Positions 25,609 through 35,940 of a DNA stretch of 64,000 nucleotides are shown here, piece by piece (position 1 is the stretch's first letter; every line of letters begins with the position of its first letter). Location: contig NC_042998.1 in assembly GCF_006345805.1 (NCBI RefSeq), forward strand, positions 74,276,001 to 74,340,000. The letters are read 5' to 3'. Below the pieces are notes generated by a model, which saw only the letters and a list, made by a program, of their open reading frames with translations, made no database searches and was not told the DNA's origin. Made by a program: the position numbers and the translations under genes. The stretch comes from Octopus sinensis. Taxonomy: Eukaryota.

Positions 25609-25757
25609 AAGCAGCAGAAATATAACAAAAGCTGTTACTCAGAGTTTCCCGTTCCCGTTCATCAGACAGTTTTGTTAAAAAAAAAAACTGTCCGACGAAC
25701 GGGAGCATGAAACTCTGAGTAACAGCTTTTGTTATATTTCTGCTGCTTTTAAATAAA
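25599..25757. repeat. Palindromic twin-hammerhead element, copy 1 (mutated)
   Basis: Long inverted arms around a T/A centre; minus arm CUGU-CUGAUGA-ACG-GGAA-CGG-GAAA-CUCUGAG-UA-ACAG (25632-25669); plus arm has CCGACGA and CAU changes (25688-25725). Confidence 0.85.
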
Positions 25758-25758
25758 T

Positions 25759-26003
25759 TATTTTGGACTAATGGAAACATTTCGATTAGTGTGTTGAAGT
25801 GTTTGGTAAAGCACTGGCACAGTTTAGGCTACCTGGTGTCATCTGCAGTTGAGGTATACTCTTGTTGGATCTACTTCAGGAACTCCACAGTATTAGTTGA
25901 GATAACAATAATAATTTCTTAAGTAATCAGAAGATGGATTTGGTACAACAACCATTGTACAAAATAAAGTTTAATACCAAATCCATCTTCTGATTACTTA
26001 AGA

Positions 26004-26037
<34 letters not shown>

Positions 26038-27150
26038 CGCATGTATGTATGTGCATATATATCTTAACTACCACTGTTATAACTCCTTTACTTAAATGAG
26101 ACACAGACACTTTACAAACGTCATGTAAGGGTCCTTGGACGCTTTCATCAGAGATGTCTCACACACATTCTGAATGTTGGTTGGACCTAAAAAACTCCCG
26201 ACACACAGGTCCTGAAGAAAGTTGATACCTTGAGTATTGAGCGATGGTGCACAAGTACCGGTTACATTGGACTGGACATCTTATTAGAATGAAGGATAGC
26301 AGGATCCCTAAACAGATGCTATATGGGGAACTTGTTAATGGAAAGAGACCCTGGCAGAAACCAAGACTGTGTCAAGTCCTCATTAAAGGCCTGTGATATG
26401 CAGGAGACTGACTGGGAGAGCAATACCTGTCTTTGCCACAGATGGAGGAAGTAGGTTAAAAAAGGGGTCGACACCTTTGAGAGAGCATGTATTCTGCATG
26501 AAGAATTTAACCGTGCTGCTCAAAAGTGCACTGCTAGTGTAGTGAATGGGGAAAGCTTGGTTTCCAATGTTTGCAGTTATGTATGTTTGTCAAGTGCAGG
26601 GCTCATTAGCCATTAATGGAGCTGCAAATGCAAAATATAAGTTAGTCCTAGAGCGCATAATGTTCCTAAGCGTGAGCAATGCTCTTCCTCAGTCATGAGT
26701 GGATGGCCATCATGCATGTATATACATATACTCCTTAGTCCAAAATATATACAGTCTTAACTGCCACTGTTGAGACAAGTTCCATGAGAGCATTTCGCTT
26801 CCATTGCTCCTTTTATTAGTTTTTTCCTCTCCTTATCTTTACACTCGATACCCTATTCTGATGAAGAACATAGTCCAAAATTGCATATGCGCAATTTACA
26901 TTATTTTAACTGAGTAGTCTGTCACAATAACTTACATCTTTCAGATTATACATGCATCTATTTATCTGTTATAACTATACTGTCATTTCCACCTCCTCTA
27001 TAAATTTTTATCTCTCGTCACATGTATGTAGTGTTCTTTTACTCAATGTCTCCGAGCAAACCCTCATCTTTCATCTTTCGTTTACTCTTTCTCATTTTCT
27101 CTCTCTACAATGTAAAGTGAGCCCAGAGAAATCAACCAAGCAACAATTTT
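25759..27150 (+). repeat. Local duplicated segment, copy 2
   Basis: Colinear with 31704-32808 and 21876-22450; contains a 32-bp inverted repeat and an old RTE fragment. Confidence 0.92.
26130..26660 (+). pseudogene. Old RTE (BovB-like) LINE C-terminal fragment
   Basis: FHQRCLTHILN..RLHWTGHLIRMKDSRIPKQMLYGEL..decayed zinc-finger end VCSYVCLSSAGLISH; duplicated at about 32050-32600. Confidence 0.8.
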
Positions 27151-27589
27151 ATATATATATATATATATGGGCAATTTAGGCTGGTCTTGTGCATACGTGC
27201 ATATATATGTATGTATAGGCATTTGTATATGTAAGTATAACGTATGTTCTGTATATATATGTATCTGTATTTATGTGCTTTCTGGTATATTCAACTGAAG
27301 AAGGCAGAGCTTCTCTGAAGCAAATCCAGAAATCCAGGATCTTGAATTATCCAGTAAAATCTTTTTTGCTAGTTTATTTTGCCTTTCTGTCTTCTCTCCT
27401 GGTGAGATATGAACATTTAAGGTGGTTTTAGGGTCAAGGTTTTGACTGCTATTTCAGATACCCTAATTTATAGTTTAAATAATTATTACCTTTGTATGGT
27501 ATTTATTCCCATGCTGGCCACTAGATAAGATCGATATTATCCTTATTTAAAAATATATATATCGGGCATGGGTAGGCGTGGGCATGGAG

Positions 27590-27710
27590 TAGGCGCGGGC
27601 ATGGCCGTGTGGTTAGGGAGCTTGCTTCCTAGCTACATGGTTTCGGGTTCAGTCCCACTGCGTGGCACTTTGGACAGTTGTCTTTGTGATTGAATTCGGT
27701 AGGCGGAAGT
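27590..27710 (+). mobile_element. SINE family C head
   Basis: GGCCGTGTGGTTAGGGAGCTTGCTTCC..GGGTTCAGTCCCACTGCGTGGCAC. Confidence 0.75.
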
Positions 27711-27896
27711 TACTGCTGTGTGTATATGTGCATGTAGGTGATCAGTGCCTCTTCGAAAGAGAGAGAGAGAGAGAGAGAGAGAGATATACATACCATAGTA
27801 AGCACATAAATGTGAAACAAGGAGGAAAAAAGAGTACTCAAATACCAGAGGTAGAGTAATATGCTTTATTTAAAAGCAGCAGAAATATAACAAAAA

Positions 27897-27934
27897 TTGT
27901 TACTCAGAGTTTCACGTTCCCGTTCGTCAGACAG
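27897..27934 (-). ncRNA. Minimal type-I hammerhead ribozyme (intact core, opposite strand)
   Basis: Reverse complement CUGU|CUGACGA|ACG-GGAA-CGU|GAAA|CUCUGAG|UA^ACAA; perfect stem II, 3-bp stem I. Confidence 0.68.
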
Positions 27935-27951
27935 TTTTTTTTAAAAAAAAA

Positions 27952-27989
27952 CTGTCTGACGAACGGGAATGTGAAACTCTGAGTAACAG
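27952..27989 (+). ncRNA. Minimal type-I hammerhead ribozyme (intact core)
   Basis: CUGU|CUGACGA|ACG-GGAA-UGU|GAAA|CUCUGAG|UA^ACAG: stem I CUGU/ACAG, GNRA-capped stem II, near-self-complementary ACUCUGAGU stem III, GUA cleavage triplet after 27985. Confidence 0.72.
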
Positions 27990-28038
27990 CTTTTGTTATA
28001 TTTCTGCTGCTTTTAAATAAAGTATATATATATATATA

Positions 28039-31000
28039 TCTTTTCAGGTACATGACGCCACTGCTCCTCGTCCCTGGGCCTCTAGGGCCCATACCTTCCA
28101 CACCCTCAGGGTTGGCACTTTCAACATAGGCACAATGAAAGGTAGGTCTGGTGAGATTGTTGAGATGCTTGAACGGAGACGAGTTGATATCTGTTGCATC
28201 CAAGAAGTAAGGTGGAGAGGCGGTTCTGCTAGGTTCCTCACAGGCAAAGGACACAGGTACAAGATTTTGTGGGCAGGAAACACTGATGGGGTTGGAGGCG
28301 TGGGTATACTTCTCGCTGAAAAATTGGTAGATAAGGTACTTGAGGTAATCAGAGTAAGTGACAGAATACTTAAGATTAGAATAGTGCTTCATCATAGATT
28401 AGCAACTATTATATCGGCCTATGCCCCTCAGCCAGGGCTACCCGATGGACAGAAAGACAGTTTCTATGACACCCTACTGCAGACCACCTCATTGACAAAC
28501 GACAGGGACCTTCTCTTTGTGGCTGGTGACTTCAATGGGCATGTTGGACGACATGCTGGGGGCTTCCATGGCGTACATGGAGGCTACGGTTATGGTTCCT
28601 GCAACGAGGAGGGAACCAGGCTGCTGGAGTTCTGTGATGTGAATAGTCTTATGGTTTGCAACACTAACTTCAGGAAACCGACAAGCCACCTGGTCACCTA
28701 CCGATCGGGCCGGCATACTAGCCAAATCGACAACATCCTTGTCAGAAAAAGGGAAAGATGGCTGCTTATAAATGCCCAAACCTTCCTAGTCGAAGAATGC
28801 ACCCCACAACATAGACTGGTAGTTAGTGACTTTAGGATCAGGACTAAGAGGACGACCATGGAGAAGAAGGGTCTGGAAGCTTAAAGACCCTGCGAATGGA
28901 CAGAGATTTAGAGACATGTTACTTGAAGCCTTTGACGAAATAGAAGGGGTATAGCTACACATGGGGTAGAAGACAACTGGACGCCTCTGAGAGACAACCT
29001 GCTGAAAGCCACTGACCAGATCTGTGGCTGGTGCAAAATCCCCTCAAGACCCAAAATAACGTGGTGGTGGAACAATATTGTTGACAGGGCTATGAGACAA
29101 CAGAAACAGGCTTGGAAGGACTGGAAGAACGGTGGTAGCAGGGAAGTGTATCAGACTGCCAGAAGGGAAGCTAGGAGGCAGGTGTATTTAGCCAGAGGGG
29201 AAACAGATAAGAAAAAAATTTGCCAATGTCCTGCGCCGTGAGGATGAAACTTGAGGTATTTCGTATAGCAAGACAGTGTGTGAGAGAGAATCGTGACGTG
29301 GTTGGAGAAAAATGTGTTTGCATGGATGACGGCTCACTTGCGCTAAATGAGGATGCAAAGAGAGAGGTTTGGAGATGCCACTATGAAAGGTTGCTGAATG
29401 AGGAAAATGAATGGGATAAAGAGAGTCTGCCGAATTTTGACCCAACAGAGGGACCAGCAATTCGAGTTGACAGTTCCTTAGTAGTTAAGGCAATTACAAG
29501 CATGAAAACAGGGAAAGCCCCAGGCCCATCAGGAATTACTGCAGAGATGCTCAAAATATCTGGTAGTGTCGGCTACAGCCTAGTCACCCGTATAGTTAAC
29601 CAGGTGATACACAAAGGAGTCATACCCAATGACTGGTGTAGCAGCATAATAGTCAACTGCTACAAAGGTAAAGGTGACACCCTAGATACAAATAACTACA
29701 GGGGTATCAAGCTGCTGGATCAGGTAATGAAGGTTACGGAGAGGGTTATAGCCCAACTAATTAGAGAGAGAGTTAGATGAGATGCAGTTTGGGTTCATGC
29801 CAGGGAAAAGTACTACTGATGCTATCTTCCTGGTAAGACAGCTGCAGGAGAAATACCTAGCCAAAGACAAGCCCCTGTACCTGGCTTTTGTTGATATGGA
29901 GAAAGCTTTCGACAGGGTCCCCCGATCCCTTATCTGGTGGTCAATGAGGAAACTAGGGATAGATGAATGGTTAGTGAGAGCTGTACAAGCCATGTACAGA
30001 GACGCTGCTAGTAAGGTGAGGGTTGGCATCGAGTACAGTGAAGAATTCAGGGTAGAGGTCGGGGTCCACCAAGGTTCAGTCCTCAGTCCCCTCCTATTTA
30101 TCATAGTCCTCCAGGCAATAACGGAGGAATTCAAGACAGGATGCCCCTGGGAGCTCCTCTATGCTGATGACTTTGCTCTAATTGCTGAGTCTCTATCAGA
30201 ACTGGAGGAGTAGTTTCAGGTGTGGAAGCAAGGTTTAGAATCGAAGGGCCTTAGAATCAATCTAGCCAAAATCAAAGTCCTAATAAGTAGGAAGGTAGAC
30301 CAATCACAAACGCCTTCAGGTAGATGGCTCTGCTCGATCTGTAGAAAAGGCGTAGGTAGAAACTCTATAAGATGCACCAAATGTAAGCTATGGACACATA
30401 AGAGATGTAGTAATGTCAAAGGAAGACTAACTAGGAAAATAGTTTTTATCTGTGGCAGATGCTCAGGAGCAATAAACTCTGAAAATATGCAGAGACCAAC
30501 TTCAACCACGTTCCAGGGAGAAAAACTAGAAGTAGTTGATAGCTTCCGCTACCTAGGTGACCAAGTCAGTAGCGGGGGCGGGTGTGCTTAAAGTGTAACT
30601 GCTAGAGTAAGAATAGCCTGGGCAAAGTTTAGAGAGCTCTTACCCCTGCTGGTGACAAAAGGCCTCTCGCTCAAAGTAAAAGGCAGACTGTATGATGCAT
30701 GTGTATGTACAGCCATGCTAGATGGTAGTGAAACTTGGGCTGTGACTGCTGAGGATTTGCGTAAGCTCGTAAGAAATGAAGCTAGTATGCTCCGATGGAT
30801 GTGTAATGTCAGTGTTCATAATCGACAGAGCGTAAGTACCTTGAGAGAAAAGTTGGACCTAAGAAACATCAGTTGTTGTGTGCAAGAGAGACGATTGCGC
30901 TGGTATGGTCATGTGGCGAGAATGGATGAAGATAGGTGTATGAAAAAGTGCCAAACCCTGGCAGTTGAGGGGACCTGTGGAAGAGGTAGACCCAGGAAAA

Positions 31001-31699
31001 CCTGGGACTAGGTGGTGAAGCACGACCTTCGAACTTTAGGTCTCACCAAGGAAATGACTAGAGACCGAGACCTATGAAAGTATGCTGTGTGTGAGAAGAC
31101 CCGGTAAGACCAGTGAGAACAGTCAGAATCAAAATCAAACCAAATCAAATTAGATATGAGAAAGCAGAACCAAAATTGAGGTCGATCAACATCAGTGTAA
31201 GTTGCAGCTGTGGTTAAGTGAACCATCCGATCGTGGCCGTTGCCGGCGCTGCCCTGTCTGGCCTCCGTGCCGGTGGCACGTAAAAGCACCATCCGTTCGT
31301 GTCCGCTGCCAGCCTCGCCTGGCCCCCATGCCGGTGGCACGTAAAAGCACCATCCGTTCGTGTCTGTTGCCAACCTCGCCTGGCCCCCGTACCGGTGGCA
31401 CGTAAAAGCACCATCCGTTCGTGTCCGTTGCCAACCCCGCCTGGCCCCCGTGCCGGTGGCACGTAAAAGCACCATCCGTTCATGGCCGTTTGCCAGCTCC
31501 GTCTGGCACCTGTGCGGGTGGCACGTCAAAAGCACACACTACACTCACAGAGTGGTTGGCATTAGGAAGGGCATCCAGCCGTAGAAACCCTGCCAGATCT
31601 GACTGGGCCTGATGCAGCCTTCCGGGTTCACAGACCCCAGTTGAACTGTCCAACCCATGCTAGCATGGAAAACGGACGCTAAATGATGATGATGATGAT
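28039..31699 (+). mobile_element. Near-full-length RTE LINE (APE endonuclease, RT, PHD-like finger, 3'UTR minisatellite, (GAT)n tail), inactivated
   Basis: LRVGTFNIGTM..DICCIQEVRW..GDFNGHVG..SQIDNIL..QHRLVVSD; FVDMEKAFDRVP, QGSVLSP, YADD; RLRWYGHVARM..GRGRPRKTW; several in-frame stops and frameshifts. Confidence 0.96.
31221..31535 (+). repeat. 61-bp minisatellite in the RTE 3'UTR
   Basis: (C/G)CGGTGGCACGTAAAAGCAC motif at 31270, 31331, 31392, 31453, ~31514. Confidence 0.92.
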
Positions 31700-31703
31700 A
31701 TAA

Positions 31704-32808
31704 TATTTTGGACTAATGGGAACATTTCGATTAGTGTGTTGAAGTGTTTGGTAAAGCATTGGCACAGTTTAGGCTACCTGGTGTCATCTGCAGTTGAGGT
31801 ATATTCTTGTTGGATCTACCTCAGAAACTCCACAGTATTAGTTGAGATAACAATAATAATTTCTTAAGTAATCAGAAGATGGATTTGGTACAACAACCAT
31901 TGTACAAAATAAAGATTAATACCAAATCCATCTTCTGATTACTTAAAAAATTATATATATATATATATATACATATACAGCATACATACATATATATATT
32001 AACTACCACTGTTATAACTCCTTTACTCATGTGAGACATAGACGCTTTACAAATGTCATGTAAGGGTCCTTGGACGCTTTCATCAGAGATGTCTCACACA
32101 CATTCTGAATGTTGGTTGGACCTAAAAAACTCCCGACACACAGGTCCTGAAGAAAGTTGCTATCTTGAGTATTGAGCGATGGTGCACAAGCACCGGTTAC
32201 ATTGGACTGGACACCTTATTAGAATGAAGGATAGCAGGATCCCTAAACAGATGCTATATGGGGAACTTGTTAATGGAAAGAGACCCTGGCAGAAACCAAG
32301 ACTGTGTCAAGTCCTCATTAAAGGCCTGTGATATGCAGGAGACTGACTGGGAGAGCAATACCTGTCTTTGCCACAGATGGAGGAAGTAGGTTAAAAAAGG
32401 GGTCGACACCTTTGAGAGAGCATGTATTCTGCATGAAGAATTTAACCGTGCTGCTCAAAAGTGCACTGCTAGTGTAGTGAATGGAGAAACCTTGGTTTGT
32501 AATGTTTGCAGTCATGAATGTTTGTCAAGAGCAGGGCTCATTAGCCATCAATGGAGCTGGAGATGCAAACTATAAGTTAGTCCTAGAGCGCATAATGTTC
32601 CTAAAGGTGAGCAATGGTCTTCCTCAGTCATGATTGGATGGCCATCATGCATGTATATACATATACCCATCAGTCCAAAATATATATAGTCTTAACTGCC
32701 ACTGTTGAGACAAATTCTATGAGAGCATTTCGCTTCCACTGCTCCTTTTATTAGTTTTTTCCTCTCCTTATCTTTCCACTCGACACCCTATTCTGATGAA
32801 GAACATAC
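31704..32808 (+). repeat. Local duplicated segment, copy 3
   Basis: TATTTTGGACTAATGG... colinear with 25759-26870. Confidence 0.92.
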
Positions 32809-33639
32809 TCCGAAACGTCATTTCAATCGTTTCCATTTCTCTCTGCATCAAGCTAATAACCATGATCGAGAATTTATCTCGTCTTGCTTCTGTTTCTTTC
32901 ACCATCATACACACACACACATACATATATATAAATATATACACACACACACGTAATTTCACTAAGGCACAGCGATACTAATAACTACTTATTAGAACTC
33001 AATACACTTTTGCTCTCTCGTTATACGTATATGTGCGTGTATATATATAAATATATTTCTATCTATATATATATATATATATATATATACATTACTTTTT
33101 TTCTTTTAACGCATCACTGTGCATGTATACTTTTTCTCTCACTTTCTTTACATGTATGTAAATACGTTCCCCCCACCCCCACCACACATTTAGATATAAA
33201 CATATGTAATATATAATATCACCGCCTGATGTCGTATTTCTTTAAACTATGGTTATTTAAGGTGAAAGCGACCTGCACTCTTAGCTCTTTTCCCTATCCC
33301 AGCTACTGATATTACATTGTATTCTGGAAACCACGTATGAAAAGAAAAAAAAAAAAAAAAAAAAAAAAATGAATATTCGCTCAAATGTAACTCCTGTCTT
33401 ACACCTTTGAAACAATCTTTTTATATTCATCTCCTGTTTCTTCTGTTCCTTTGTTTTTTTCATGATTTATCATTTTTTCTTCGCACATTCAAGCAATGCG
33501 TGCCTTTTCTTTCATTTCAAATAGCTATCTTCATTCCAATTTGACTTACTACACAGTTTTTTTTAGTGTGTAAATCTGAAGAAAATTACGTTAGATATCG
33601 AAAAAAAAAGTGTTGAAGCCAGGAAGGCTAAAATAGGTG

Positions 33640-33916
33640 AGAACTGTGAAGAGGGGCACCTGTAATGGTGTTACTACAAGACCCTGAGTAAGTAAGAGAG
33701 AGAAAGAGAGAGATAGAGTAGCAGTAGCACGTGTAGAATGTTGCTAGGTGTGACGATGCATTGTGGGTAAGCCAGTCGTCCGTGCCACCACGTCGACTAC
33801 CTCTACTACTACCACCACTATCATTGCTGCTGCTGCTGCTACCGCCGCCGTCCGCCATTTTGTGTGTGTCTCGTTGTCTTAGTGTCTGTCTCTGTCCTCA
33901 CGTCGAATAGGTAAGC
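33640..33916 (+). promoter_or_regulatory. Candidate promoter / non-coding first exon
   Basis: Local CpG retention, YY1-type CCGCCATTTTG at 33852-33862, three GTAAG donors (33688, 33767, 33911), CRE-like TGACGTGA at 34228, GA-rich tract 34290-34500. Confidence 0.55.
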
Positions 33917-35182
33917 ACAAACTTTTTATTTTTTTGCATACTCATCCCCAACCTTTCCAACAAAGAACCAGCCAGCTACTGGAAGCCCTAAACTACCAAT
34001 TTCTATCTTAGAAAATGTGACATTTTGTTGTTTTCTTCACCGTCCGTCGCTGCTACTTCACTGCCATTAATGAGTGTAAGAAACATTTCAGAGCTCTATA
34101 GCTACACAAATACACGCTATTTTTGCATTCATACATTTATATACAACACATTATTTATCTTTCTAAACAGACATTTATCTGTATTTTGTTTGCTAATTGC
34201 TCAAATACCGTTTTTTTTCTTGGCCTCTGACGTGATTGCTTGATGGAGAAATTCGCCTACTTTTCCAGTAGTCTCCATTGAAATCAGCGATGTAGAGAGA
34301 GGGGAGTGAGTGAGAGATGCTGGTTAGAGAGAGTGAGTAAGAGAGAGAGGTAGGTGGATAGACGGAGTGAGTGAGAGAGAGCGGCAACCAAGCTGGATTG
34401 ACGGAGTGAGTGAGAGTGAAGTAGATAGACAGAGAGAGTGAGTGGGTGAGAGTGAGGAAGCTCGAGTGAGTGTAGAAGCAACGCTAGAGTGTGGGAGTGA
34501 GAAAACGTCTGAAATTCTTACACTTCCACAGTGAACTTCAGATATCTCTTCAGGAAAAAAAAAAAAAAAAAAGGGACAAGGGTCCCTAAATAGTGTCACT
34601 ACTGGTGGAGCAGTCATGAGAGATGGGAAGGGGAGAAGGAACCTTATCTTCTTGCAAGTGGAGACATCCGGCATCACCGCCCCCCACTCATCATCTAGAA
34701 GACACCAGTGAGAGTTATTAATCGTGATCAGTTGTTAACTGATAAATTCACCATCATAACTGTTATTATTTTTACTAAGGTAGTACTAATACTACTTACT
34801 ACTTGTGTAGTTAAGGATGTCAGGTGTATTGGTTTGGTGATGATGATGATGATCGCGGTTCAGTCTCAGGACACATCTAGTATCGTCATGGCCATTTTGT
34901 TGTATTGGAATCTTGTCAGATGGACTACAGTAATAAACCTGAACTTCCATGTCATATATATATATATATATAAATATATATATACACGCGCGTATGCATA
35001 GGTACACACGTGTATATATATCTTATAGATAGGTACATAATAGTGTATGATAAGTAAATTACAACGGAATCGTGCCAGGTTCTGATTCCTTGTGTTGCAA
35101 ACTGCTACACTGGTAGAAGCTGCCTAGCAGTAAATCTTTGAATCTCTGTGCTTTATATATATCTATCTATATATATATATCT

Positions 35183-35214
<32 letters not shown>

Positions 35215-35599
35215 TCGTATGTGGGTAGGTTGTGGTGCGTGTTAAAACATCAACCGCCTTCTCCCCATGACCCTATTAAAAAAAAAAAAATTCTGTAATG
35301 TAGACATTGCCCACCACCACAAGCCAAGAAAATGGGGGTGGCAGTGTCTTTGATGTGCCTTTCTCTTTCTCTGCTTCTTTCATTCAATGTTGTGTTTGTA
35401 TTTGTTTAGGAATTCTACTCCAGTTCCTTTCAGTAGCTGACTTTTTCGATTTGTCCTCGTCAGGCTTTACTCTTCTGCCAGTCTATCTAATAAGGGGTCA
35501 CGGCAGCGATATTCAACTTGTATATCTTTTATTACAGCAACATGCCTTTTTACAACACCAAACTGACACCTTAATGCCATTTATTTTCAGCTTTAAATT

Positions 35600-35681
35600 T
35601 TATATCTATAAATGTGTATATATATAAATGTATATATATATATATATATAAAGGTATATATATATATATGTATATATAATG

Positions 35682-35712
<31 letters not shown>

Positions 35713-35940
35713 GTATATATAAATGTATATATATATATATATATGTGTGTATATATATACATATACACACATATATATATATATACATATATATGTGTGT
35801 ATATATATATATGTGTGTATATATATATGTGTGTATATATATATATGTGTGTATATATATATGTGTGTATATATATATGTGTGTGTATATATATATATAT
35901 AAATGTGTGTACTTATATATATATATATATATATATAATA
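35600..35940. repeat. Compound (TA)n/(TG)n microsatellite
   Basis: Direct reading. Confidence 0.95.

Larger units (their letters stand above)
27864..28022. repeat. Palindromic twin-hammerhead element, copy 2
   Basis: 159-nt near-perfect palindrome (3 mismatches in the arms, T8/A9 centre); left flank 27811-27863 matches 22450-22486 joined to the 25522/25584 unit. Confidence 0.9.

Noticed and set aside
27904-28395. 163-aa minus ORF and similar ORFs antisense to LINEs (e.g. 14347-14871, 24044-24454)
   Set aside because: Antisense shadows of RTE coding sequence
31221-31535. CRISPR-like regularly spaced repeats
   Set aside because: Whole 61-bp units are homologous with no unique spacers, they lie in a LINE 3'UTR, there are no cas genes, and the context is eukaryotic
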